Of a stretch of DNA of 64,000 nucleotides, positions 47,851-56,015 are shown piece after piece; positions within the stretch are counted from its first letter, which is position 1; every line of letters starts with the position of its first letter. The stretch lies in NCBI GenBank assembly GCA_035512595.1, contig DATKDU010000207.1, positions 4,889-68,888 of the forward strand, read 5' to 3'. Source of the stretch: Pirellulaceae bacterium. GTDB taxonomy: Bacteria; Planctomycetota; Planctomycetia; Pirellulales; Pirellulaceae. A program made the position numbers and the translations under genes. The notes under the pieces were generated by a model. The model did not search any database, was not told the origin of the DNA, and worked only from the letters and a program-made list of their open reading frames with translations.

Positions 47851-48855
47851 ATGCCAGCCAACGTCGGCGAGATGTTCTACTACGGAGAGATTCCCTGGCA
47901 CGGCAACGGAACCGAAGTGGAGGCGCCGCTCGATTTCGCGTCTGCTGTCAAGTCTGCGGGCCTCGACTGGCAGGTGGCAAGCATCGACTTGCAAACGGCG
48001 GAAGATCCGCCCTCTCCCGCGGCCAGCCGGCAGGCGATTGTCCGCACCGACCGCCAGCCCGGCGACGTGGGCCGAGTGGTCGGGGTCGTCCATCCTGGCT
48101 TCCGTACGCTTCAGAACCATGACGCCGCGATGATCTTTGATTCGCTGTTTGGCCACGGTGAGCGGGTTTACCACACCGGCGGCTACTTGAACGACGGCCA
48201 GGTGGTGTGGCTGATGGCCAAACTGAACCGGCGGCTGTCGATCGGGACCAAGGACGACGTCGAGCCCTACGCCCTGATGGTCAACAGCCACGACGGCTCG
48301 TATCCCTTTTCGCTGAGCCTGACCACGATCCGGGTGGTCTGCCAGAACACGATCAACTTTGCGCTCCGGGAGTGTGACGTGCCCAAGTTCCGCCGGGCAC
48401 ACAAGGGGACCCCGAAGATGCACAAAGAGGCGGCCGCTGCCTATTGGAATCAAGTGCTGGGGGAGCTGGATCGGTTGGAGCAGGAGTTTCGCCAGCTCGC
48501 CCTTCGCCCCTGCTCGGACGAGCAAGTCCACCGGGCGCTCGAGAGTTTGTTCCCCTTGCCCAAGCCACTCGGCCTCGACCCGTCATTGCAACAGCAGCGG
48601 GCCTATGAGACTCGGCGAGAAACCGTCGAGCGCAGCCGCGCCATGATCCGCACGTTGCGGGAGTCCGGCGTGGGGTCCGACTTGACGACGGCCAGGGGCA
48701 CATTCTGGGGGGTACTGAACGCGATTACCGAGTACGTCGATCATCACCACGACTGCCAGGGGAGCCGGCTGGCGTATTCCTTGCTGGGGACGGGGAGCGC
48801 CATCAAGGCAAAGGCGTACCGGGTGATTCACGAGATGGCAAATCCGCCCGCGTGA
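47851..48855 (+). CDS. DUF932 (phage/plasmid-like, TIGR03299-type) protein
   Basis: MPANVGEMFYYGEIPWHGNG N-terminus and NSHDGSYPFSLSLTTIRVVCQNT core as I remember for DUF932. Confidence 0.8.
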   Translation: MPANVGEMFYYGEIPWHGNGTEVEAPLDFASAVKSAGLDWQVASIDLQTAEDPPSPAASRQAIVRTDRQPGDVGRVVGVVHPGFRTLQNHDAAMIFDSLFGHGERVYHTGGYLNDGQVVWLMAKLNRRLSIGTKDDVEPYALMVNSHDGSYPFSLSLTTIRVVCQNTINFALRECDVPKFRRAHKGTPKMHKEAAAAYWNQVLGELDRLEQEFRQLALRPCSDEQVHRALESLFPLPKPLGLDPSLQQQRAYETRRETVERSRAMIRTLRESGVGSDLTTARGTFWGVLNAITEYVDHHHDCQGSRLAYSLLGTGSAIKAKAYRVIHEMANPPA

Positions 48856-49036
48856 ACTAACACTGCTGTTTTCGCGCCTAGGGCATGCGACCTCATTCTG
48901 TAGGCGCGCTCGGTGTCAACGGGATACCTTATAAGTCGGCCCGCGACATCGCCTAGCGAGTGCTGGCGGTGTGAAACTGGGGAAGACGTGCATGCGCGAC
49001 CGGACCTTAGAGGGCGGCTGAAGGTAAACCCAAACG

Positions 49037-50119
49037 GTGGAGCTGTCCGCCGGGGCCCCTCGGGCGCGGGCGCGCGAGGGCAATCGAGCGGAGGAGATCG
49101 TGCAGGGCCGACCACCCAAAGAAGGTCCTCGGCGACCATCACAACTTACCGCAGGGCAGTTGAAGGATCCGCAGACGCGATTGCAGCGGCTGGCAGGCGT
49201 GCTGCAGATTTACTGCCGTTCGTTGATTTGGTCAATGAACGAGTTGCGCGGCTGGAAGCTCGGTGAGCCGCGCTGCCGCTTTGTGCTCTTGGAGGAAGAG
49301 TTGTGGGACCTGGGGATCGAAACAGTGGAGGATTTTTACTTTGCCGGCTGGGGCCAGCACACGGCAATTCTCAGGGCCCGCAAGCGCAGCCGGTCATTTG
49401 AGGGAAGTTTCAGCAAGTGCCGACTGAGGGAAAACTTAAAGCGCGTTAAGGGTCGGCGACGGCCGCAAATCACCCTAGTGCCGATAAGCTTGATCGACGT
49501 GTCTAGGGGTAAGAAATCCCGCGGACCGCAAAAGGTCGTGTTCACGAATCCGGACTGGGTGAAGCTGGTCGAGTTCATTCCTGGAGTCGAACATGTCCCC
49601 TCTTACGGGATTGCGCAGCATCTCCAGCACGCCTTTCATGATGCCGAGACGCCGCTGCTAGTCGCGGGATTCAAATGGGGGGGAACGCCGCTTTTCGAGC
49701 AGTGCGGCGACTGCGTTGCGTTTGACCAGTACGCGAAATCCCGCAGACTTCGGCCAACAACGGCGATCCGAAATCTGATTACATTCCGCGACAAGCAACT
49801 GGCCGAAATCGAGTCCGCCAGCCGGCAGCATGCGCAGCGTCCGCCGCCGACGCCCGAGGAGGAGGATGTGCTCATTGCCATGCTCGAACTTGGTGCGACG
49901 GACGCAAATCGGCGAACAACGAGCGACAAGATTGCCACTCATCGATCGAAAGGAGCTGGGAAAATGTCGCCACCATTGCGTGTCATCGCCCGTCTGGGGC
50001 GCATGGGTCTCGTGGAGAGCAAAAAGGGTGTTGGCGGCGGGTGCTGGCTGACCTTGTCCGGCAAGTGCCGAGCCGAACAGATACTGCATGCCAAAAAAGA
50101 TGTCATAAATCGAGCATAG
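49037..50119 (+). CDS. hypothetical island protein with C-terminal winged-helix-like region
   Basis: C-terminus VLIAMLELGATDANRRTTSDKIA...VIARLGRMGLVESKKGVGGGCWLTLSG looks MarR/wHTH-like. Start uncertain (GTG 49037, ATG 49235). Confidence 0.55.
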   Translation: MELSAGAPRARAREGNRAEEIVQGRPPKEGPRRPSQLTAGQLKDPQTRLQRLAGVLQIYCRSLIWSMNELRGWKLGEPRCRFVLLEEELWDLGIETVEDFYFAGWGQHTAILRARKRSRSFEGSFSKCRLRENLKRVKGRRRPQITLVPISLIDVSRGKKSRGPQKVVFTNPDWVKLVEFIPGVEHVPSYGIAQHLQHAFHDAETPLLVAGFKWGGTPLFEQCGDCVAFDQYAKSRRLRPTTAIRNLITFRDKQLAEIESASRQHAQRPPPTPEEEDVLIAMLELGATDANRRTTSDKIATHRSKGAGKMSPPLRVIARLGRMGLVESKKGVGGGCWLTLSGKCRAEQILHAKKDVINRA

Positions 50120-50197
50120 TTCGTCGTCGGGGTTGGTCACACAATTCGCCTGAGAGTACGGCAGGCACTGGGCTTGCCGAGAACTTCCTCAGGGAGA

Positions 50198-50440
50198 ATG
50201 AAGATGACCACTTCTTTGCCCGAACCCCAGGGGCGCCTTCTCGATGTTCGGGAAGTGTCAGCGATTTGCCACTGCAGCGTCAGGCACGTGTACCGCATGG
50301 CCGACGCCGGAAAAATGCCCCCGCCCGTGAAGCTGGGGGCGCTCGTCAGGTGGAGGGCCGCAGAAGTCGAAGCCTGGATCGCCGGCGGCTGCCGACCGGT
50401 CCGCTCCGTCGCCGCGAAAAGGGTCGCCCACCATGCGTAG
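50198..50440 (+). CDS. AlpA/excisionase-family HTH protein
   Basis: LLDVREVSAICHCSVRHVYRMADAGKMPPPVKLGALVRWRAAEVEAWI. ATG 50198 with AGGGAG RBS. Confidence 0.75.
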   Translation: MKMTTSLPEPQGRLLDVREVSAICHCSVRHVYRMADAGKMPPPVKLGALVRWRAAEVEAWIAGGCRPVRSVAAKRVAHHA

Positions 50441-50879
50441 CGACGATCCGCGCCGCGACGGTGCTGCTGAGGGTCGCCGCCGCAAGGATGCGGCCCTCTC
50501 CCACCTGGAACTCCGGCGGGCCGCCTTCATCCGGCGTGCCCGCCGGGAGTTTCTCCACGTCCTCTTGGCCCGCGGCTCGGCGACCAGCGACGACCTGCGG
50601 CAGCGGCTGGAGCTGCCGGAGGGGATCGATCCCAAAGTCTTCGGAGCAGTCCCTGGCGCGCTGGCAAAAGCCGGCATCATCGCCCAGGACGGATTCGCGA
50701 CGACCGCCCGGCCGGAGGCACACGCCCGGCCGGTGGGGATCTGGAAGCTGGTGAACCGCCAGCTTGCGGAGAAGTGGCTGGCTGAGAATCGCGACTGCGG
50801 CAGTCAGGCCAGCCGCCACGACGGCGACCAGGGGCTGCTGTTCGATCAGATCCCGAAACGCCAGGAGCCGCGGTGGTAG
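50433..50879 (+). CDS. hypothetical island protein
   Basis: 148-aa ORF overlapping the AlpA stop by 8 nt, directly upstream of PrimPol. Confidence 0.5.
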   Translation: MRSDDPRRDGAAEGRRRKDAALSHLELRRAAFIRRARREFLHVLLARGSATSDDLRQRLELPEGIDPKVFGAVPGALAKAGIIAQDGFATTARPEAHARPVGIWKLVNRQLAEKWLAENRDCGSQASRHDGDQGLLFDQIPKRQEPRW

Positions 50880-50906
50880 CCGCGGCTCCTGGCAGGAGGT
50901 TGTGCA

Positions 50907-52316
50907 GTGCCTCCAAAGAGTGCAATGCGTAGTGTAACTACGGCCGCCGCCGCTTCGCAATCGTCGGCGGCTGTTTTGATTCCAACTCCGCAACGGTCGT
51001 TACTCGACGCTGCCCGCGGTTATCGGCGGTGGGGCTGGTCGGTGATTCCCACGCGGGCCGACAATTACAAAGAGTCGTTGGTGCCATGGACGAAGTACCA
51101 GCAGGAATCGGCGCCAATCCGGGACATCGAGAAATGGTTTGCCAGCGACGCGACTGGTGGGGTCGCCGTGATACTCGGGCCTGCTTCAGGCGGGTTGGCA
51201 TGCCGCGATTTCGACGACCCTGCTGCCTACCAGTCGTGGCAGAGCAAAAACACAGATCTGTCGAGCCGGCTCCCTACGGTCAAGACGCGACGCGGCTACC
51301 ACGTGTACTTTCGGGTAGCGCCCGATGCGATGTTCAATCTACGCAGCGGGCTAAAGAAGTGGGGAGTTGGCGCTATCGTGCTCGGCGACGGTGAACTGCG
51401 TGCGGATCATGGGTGCTATACGGTATTGCCGCCGACGCCGTTTCCGGACGGTCGGTACACATGGTTGATTCCTGCGACAGGAAGTCCGTCGCAAGTTGAT
51501 CTATTCACGTCGGGATTACTTCCCCCAAAGGTGGTAGACCAAGTTCTTTTGAAAGTTGACACAGAGGACACAGACGACGCAGGACTACCCAGAAGACTCA
51601 AGCCATTGGTGGAGCCCTGTCTGACTGCGAGAAATGAATCACCAAACCACCATCACCACCATCTGCCGGCCCCCTCGCGCGCGGCCCCTGACGGATTCCC
51701 GAAGCAGCAACAATCCAACCCCAAGGGGTCGCCTCACTGGACACGCGACGGACAAGGGACGCTCAAGCAGGAGATTGACCAGATCATCGCTCGCACGATC
51801 CCGACTTCTGAGCACACGCGGAATCGCCAGCTCTTTTTGCTGGCCCGTGAGTTGAAGTCGCTGCCACAGTATTGCATGGCGTCTCCTGAAGGCATGGAAG
51901 GCGTTGTGCGGGAGTGGCATCAACGTGCGCTGCCCGCAATCGCGACGAAAAGTTGGCTGGTGACTTGGACGGAGTTCAAGCAAGCCTGGAAAAAGGTGAA
52001 GCATCTCAAGGGACGGGAGCCGCTGCGGATGATGTTCTCTCAGGCTATGCAACGGGATCTGCCTAAATGTGCAGAGCGGTTCGCCGACGATCCGCAGGCG
52101 CAGTGGCTGATTGCCCTTTGCCGCGAACTCCAGGAGGCGGCGCCTGGCAAGCCCTTTTATTTGTCCTGCCGCGCCGCCGGAGAACTGGTAAAGCTCAGTC
52201 ATACCGCGGCGAACACACTGATTTGCGGACTGGTCGAGGAGGAAATCCTCAAGCTGGTCAAAAAGGGAGATCATCGAGCGCGACAGGCCAGCGAGTTTCG
52301 GTACCTCGGGGATTGA
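50907..52316 (+). CDS. bifunctional DNA primase/polymerase (PrimPol N-terminal domain) protein
   Basis: LLDAARGYRRWGWSVIPT...KESLVPWTKYQQESAP...IEKWF...GVAVILGPASGGLACRDFDD pattern. Start at GTG 50907 or ATG 50925. Confidence 0.8.
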   Translation: MPPKSAMRSVTTAAAASQSSAAVLIPTPQRSLLDAARGYRRWGWSVIPTRADNYKESLVPWTKYQQESAPIRDIEKWFASDATGGVAVILGPASGGLACRDFDDPAAYQSWQSKNTDLSSRLPTVKTRRGYHVYFRVAPDAMFNLRSGLKKWGVGAIVLGDGELRADHGCYTVLPPTPFPDGRYTWLIPATGSPSQVDLFTSGLLPPKVVDQVLLKVDTEDTDDAGLPRRLKPLVEPCLTARNESPNHHHHHLPAPSRAAPDGFPKQQQSNPKGSPHWTRDGQGTLKQEIDQIIARTIPTSEHTRNRQLFLLARELKSLPQYCMASPEGMEGVVREWHQRALPAIATKSWLVTWTEFKQAWKKVKHLKGREPLRMMFSQAMQRDLPKCAERFADDPQAQWLIALCRELQEAAPGKPFYLSCRAAGELVKLSHTAANTLICGLVEEEILKLVKKGDHRARQASEFRYLGD

Positions 52317-52327
52317 CGAGTAGTGGA

Positions 52328-52356
52328 TTGACAGCCACCAATGAAATGTGTAATAT
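52328..52356 (+). promoter_or_regulatory. consensus-like sigma70 promoter of the XRE-like gene
   Basis: TTGACA (52328-33), 17-nt spacer, TAATAT (52351-56). The ATG lies only ~11 nt after the -10. GTGTAA-n6-TTACAC inverted repeat spans the -10. Confidence 0.6.
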
Positions 52357-52366
52357 CTGTTACACT

Positions 52367-52729
52367 ATGAGCAAGCATCCTTTGATGACTGACGTGTTGC
52401 GGAAAACAATCAATAAAAGCGGCGAGTACTTCTTGACGCTGGAACAGGCGACCGGAATCAAGCGGCAGTCGCTCATGAAATTCGCCCGTGGCGAGCAGTC
52501 GCTGCGGCTGGACATGGCTGACAAGCTGGCGGAGTTTTTTGGGTTGGTACTCACGGAAGATTCCCGCCGGCCCGCCAAAGGGAGCAAGCAGTTGCAGCAA
52601 GCAGCGAGGACCAGGAAGCTGCGGAGTCTCGCTGAACTGGCCAAGCAGGGGCTGGAGGCCGTGAAGGTCAAGGATTTCGGCACGGTGAAAAAGATCCTCA
52701 ACAAGATTCAGAGGCTGGGGGACGTCTAG
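52367..52729 (+). CDS. XRE/Cro-like HTH regulator
   Basis: 120 aa. YFLTLEQATGIKRQSLMKFARGEQSLRLDMADKLAEFFGL is an HTH_XRE-like pattern. Confidence 0.65.
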   Translation: MSKHPLMTDVLRKTINKSGEYFLTLEQATGIKRQSLMKFARGEQSLRLDMADKLAEFFGLVLTEDSRRPAKGSKQLQQAARTRKLRSLAELAKQGLEAVKVKDFGTVKKILNKIQRLGDV

Positions 52730-52763
52730 CGTTCTCCGTTACTTGACGAAGGTCAGAATCAAC

Positions 52764-54551
52764 ATGGCTAGTGTATACCGCGAAACGTTCACTAAACCGC
52801 TGCCGGCTGGCGCCGAGACCATTGTCCGCAAGGGGGAGCGATTGGCTCGGTGGAAGGACGCCAAGGGGAAGGTGAGGACCTCGCCCGTTACGACCGGCAA
52901 GGACGGTACCGAGCGGATTGTGGTCATGGCGGCGACGTACACGGCGAAGTACCGCGACGCCAACCACAATTTGTGCAAGGTCTCGACTGGTTGCCGTGAC
53001 GAAACGAATGCGCGCCAGGTGCTGGCCGAGCTGCTCAAACGTGTCGAGCGGGTCAAGGCATTGATGCTGACGCCGGCGGAAGACGCCATGATTGATCACC
53101 GGAAGCGACCGTTGGCGGAGCACATTTCGGCCTACCTGACCTACTTGGAGTCGTGCAACGCCTCGCCAGTCCATCGGGAGAACGTCGAGCGCTGCCTGAC
53201 GGTCCTGGCTGCCGACTGCAAGTTCGAGAATCTGTCGGACTTCCGACGGGAGTCTCTGGAAATCTGGCTCGTCCAGCAATCGAAGGTGCGGAAGAGCCCC
53301 GAAGGGAAGGAGATTTGGACCAAGAGCGCTCGGACGCGCAATTCTTACCGGGCAGCCATCGTCGCCTTCTGCAACTGGTGCGTGGCCACCGAACGGTTGC
53401 TGGCCAACCCGTTCACACGGGTAGCCAAGGCTGACGAAAAGTCCGATCCACGGCGGCACCGGCGGGCGCTGACCGAGGAGGAGCTCGGGCGGCTGCTTGT
53501 AGTGGCGAGGATGAGGCCGCTGGCTGAGTGCGGCCGCGACACGGTCAAGCGGCAGGAGCCCGACGCCGACGAAGGGAAGCGGGGCGGCTGGACCTATGCC
53601 CCGCTCAATTACAAAGACCTGGAGTCGGCAACGGCCAAGGCGCGGGAGCGGCTCGCCAAGCACCCGCTCAAGATCGCGGAGCTGGAGGCGGTTGGCCAGG
53701 AGCGGGCCATGATCTACAAGACGCTGGTGCTGACCGGCCTGCGGAAGGGAGAGCTGGCGTCGCTGACTGTGGGGCAATTGCACCTTGACGGCCCGCGACC
53801 TTACGCCGAACTTGATGCCGCCGACGAGAAGAACCGCCAGGGCTCACAGATTCCGCTACGGCGCGATTTGGCGGACGAACTTGCTTTGTGGGTTGAGGAG
53901 AAGCGAAATCGCCTCCAAAGTAGTCCAGGAGCGTCTGAGGGGCATATTTGTCTGCCGATGACTGCAGCGACCATCCTGCCAGCCGATACTCCCCTGTTCG
54001 ACGTGCCGGACGGGCTAATCCGGATTCTCGATCGCGACCTGAAGGCCGCCGGGATTCCCAAAAAGGACCAGCGGGGAAAGACGGTCGATGTTCACGCCCT
54101 GCGGCACAGCTTCGGCACGCTGCTGTCGAAGGGGGGCGTGGCGCCGCGGACCGCACAGGCGGCGATGCGGCACTCGTCGATCGACCTGACCATGAACACG
54201 TACACCGATCCGAAGCTCTTGGACGTGCATGGTGCCCTCGACGCGCTCCCGCAACTCCCTCTTTCGGCGGATCCTTCTGCACGCGCAATCGATGCAAAGG
54301 CAACTGGCACCGACGACTTCGGTCCCTCGCCGCTTGTACCAACGCTTGTACCAGCGGCTGACAATCGCGGTGATTTGCTGCCATTTGCTGCCCCATCGGC
54401 AAGCGGAGCTATGAGCAGCGAACGTCGCCAGAGCCGCGACGTAAGTGGTTGCGGTGACAAAAGAAAAAACCCGCTGCCACATTCAGACAGCGGGTGTCAT
54501 CGAGAGCGACGGACGGGATTCGAACCCGCGACATCCAGCTTGGGAAGCTAG
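52764..54551 (+). CDS. tyrosine site-specific integrase
   Basis: VHALRHSFGTLL and AMRHSSIDLTMNTYTD (H-x-x-R ... Y catalytic set). A long Ala/Pro/Ser-rich tail reads antisense through the tRNA (RTGFEPATSSLGS) and stops immediately after the att repeat. Confidence 0.9.
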   Translation: MASVYRETFTKPLPAGAETIVRKGERLARWKDAKGKVRTSPVTTGKDGTERIVVMAATYTAKYRDANHNLCKVSTGCRDETNARQVLAELLKRVERVKALMLTPAEDAMIDHRKRPLAEHISAYLTYLESCNASPVHRENVERCLTVLAADCKFENLSDFRRESLEIWLVQQSKVRKSPEGKEIWTKSARTRNSYRAAIVAFCNWCVATERLLANPFTRVAKADEKSDPRRHRRALTEEELGRLLVVARMRPLAECGRDTVKRQEPDADEGKRGGWTYAPLNYKDLESATAKARERLAKHPLKIAELEAVGQERAMIYKTLVLTGLRKGELASLTVGQLHLDGPRPYAELDAADEKNRQGSQIPLRRDLADELALWVEEKRNRLQSSPGASEGHICLPMTAATILPADTPLFDVPDGLIRILDRDLKAAGIPKKDQRGKTVDVHALRHSFGTLLSKGGVAPRTAQAAMRHSSIDLTMNTYTDPKLLDVHGALDALPQLPLSADPSARAIDAKATGTDDFGPSPLVPTLVPAADNRGDLLPFAAPSASGAMSSERRQSRDVSGCGDKRKNPLPHSDSGCHRERRTGFEPATSSLGS

Positions 54552-54577
54552 TGCTCTACCAACTGAGCTACCGTCGC
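54505..54577 (-). tRNA. tRNA-Gly (anticodon CCC)
   Basis: Hand-folded GCGACGG-TA-GCTC-AGTTGGTA-GAGC-A-CTAGC-TTCCCAA-GCTGG-ATGTC-GCGGG-TTCGAAT-CCCGT-CCGTCGC-T. Perfect acceptor stem, discriminator U, CCA not encoded. Confidence 0.9.
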
Positions 54578-54590
54578 AATTGCTCCCTCA

Positions 54591-54620
54591 AATATACCTG
54601 ACCGGTTCGGCGGCGTGCAA
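54591..54620 (-). promoter_or_regulatory. possible tRNA-Gly promoter
   Basis: On the minus strand TTGCAC, 18 nt, TATATT, then 13 nt to the tRNA 5' end. Confidence 0.4.
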
Positions 54621-54712
54621 GGAAGTGGCCGCGGCCGTTGCAGGAGCCGATGAATGCCGCCAAAATAGGCGGACGGTTTTAAGGACCTTGGCAAACAGAA
54701 CAGGTTCGCAAC

Positions 54713-54741
54713 CATCAGGGGGCTGACGCCCCCCGCTCGCC
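54713..54741. repeat. fourth copy of the 29-bp CATCAGGGGGCTGACGCCCCCCGCTCGCC element
   Basis: Identical to the three copies at 23959-24080. Followed by two degenerate GACGCCCC...CGC units. Confidence 0.85.
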
Positions 54742-54803
54742 TGCAGACGCCCCCCCGCTCACCTGTTGACGCCCCGCGCACCTTATTCACGAAAGGGTTC
54801 CTC

Positions 54804-55805
54804 ATGGCTCGTCCCGTCACGCTCTTTACCGGCCAGTGGGCCGATCTGTCGCTGGAAACGATGGCCCGCAAGACCAAGGAATTCGGCTACGACGGCATCG
54901 AGCTAGCCTGCTGGGGGGACCATTTTGAGGTCGATAAGGCGCTGTCTGACGATGGTTATTGCCGGCGGAAGCGGGAGCTGCTCGAGAAGCACGGGCTCCA
55001 GTGTCATGCGATTTCCGCCCACCTCGTCGGCCAGGCGGTGTGTGACCTCATCGACGAGCGGCACAAGGCCATCCTGCCGCCGCACGTGTGGGGTGACGGC
55101 AAGCCGGATGGCGTCAACAAGCGGGCGGCCGAGGAGCTCAAGAACACGGCGAGGGCCGCCAAGCGGTTCGGCCTTGGCGTGGTCAACGGCTTCACTGGCA
55201 GCAGCATCTGGCATCTGCTCTATAGCTTTCCGCCGGTGTCGGCGAAGATGATCGACGACGGCTTCAAACTGTTTGCCGATCGCTTTAACCCGATCCTCGA
55301 CGTGTTTGCCGAGTGCGGGGTGAAGTTCGCCCTGGAAGTGCATCCGACCGAGATCGCATTTGACATTTACACGGCGGAGCGGGCTTTGGAAGCGCTGGGG
55401 CATCGCAAGGAATTTGGCTTCAACTTCGATCCCAGCCACCTCCATTGGCAGGGGATCGATTCGGTCGAATTCATCCGCGCGTTCCCGGACCGCATCTATC
55501 ATTGCCACGTCAAGGACGCGATCTCCACGCTCGACGGCCGCAGCGGGATTCTGGCCAGCCATCTCAATTTCGGCGATCCCCGCCGCGGCTGGGACTTCCG
55601 CAGCCCGGGGCGCGGCACGGTCAACTTCGAGGAGATCATCCGGGCCCTCAACCAGGTCAACTACCAGGGGCCGCTGTCGGTCGAGTGGGAAGACAGCGGC
55701 ATGGACCGCGAATTTGGCGCCCGCGAGGCCTGTCAGTTCGTCAAAACCAAGGATTTTGCCCCCAGCGGCCGGGCCTTCGACGCGGCATTCGAGAAGGACA
55801 AGTAG
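54804..55805 (+). CDS. sugar phosphate isomerase/epimerase (xylose-isomerase-like TIM barrel)
   Basis: 333 aa. [31 protein letters not shown] and SVEWED pattern. Confidence 0.88.
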   Translation: MARPVTLFTGQWADLSLETMARKTKEFGYDGIELACWGDHFEVDKALSDDGYCRRKRELLEKHGLQCHAISAHLVGQAVCDLIDERHKAILPPHVWGDGKPDGVNKRAAEELKNTARAAKRFGLGVVNGFTGSSIWHLLYSFPPVSAKMIDDGFKLFADRFNPILDVFAECGVKFALEVHPTEIAFDIYTAERALEALGHRKEFGFNFDPSHLHWQGIDSVEFIRAFPDRIYHCHVKDAISTLDGRSGILASHLNFGDPRRGWDFRSPGRGTVNFEEIIRALNQVNYQGPLSVEWEDSGMDREFGAREACQFVKTKDFAPSGRAFDAAFEKDK

Positions 55806-55907
55806 AATAAGGGGTGGGCCGGCGACCCGTGGCGGAATGTCGCGGCCCGCATCGGAAACTTGTTCCTCAGGGTCCGCACAAGGGCCAGCACCTTGGATTT
55901 CTCACAG

Positions 55908-55999
55908 AGGCACCGAGGCACAAAGGCACAGAGAGAGAGATGCTGTGGGGTGTCGTGTTTATTCGAATGCTGCTCCGTCGCCTCGGTGCCTCGGTGCCT
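55908..55999. repeat. 14-bp perfect inverted repeat of GGCAC-type units
   Basis: aggcaccgaggcac (55908-21) and gtgcctcggtgcct (55986-99) with a 64-nt loop. Confidence 0.8.
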
Positions 56000-56015
56000 G
56001 CCTGGTCAAGAACCA

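Larger units (their letters stand above)
34234..54577. mobile_element. ~20.3-kb integrated genomic island in tRNA-Gly(CCC)
   Basis: Bounded by the 46-bp direct repeat. A tyrosine integrase abuts the intact tRNA. Contains AlpA/XRE regulators, PrimPol, DUF932 and R-M cargo. Several cargo genes look more AT-rich by eye. Confidence 0.85.
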
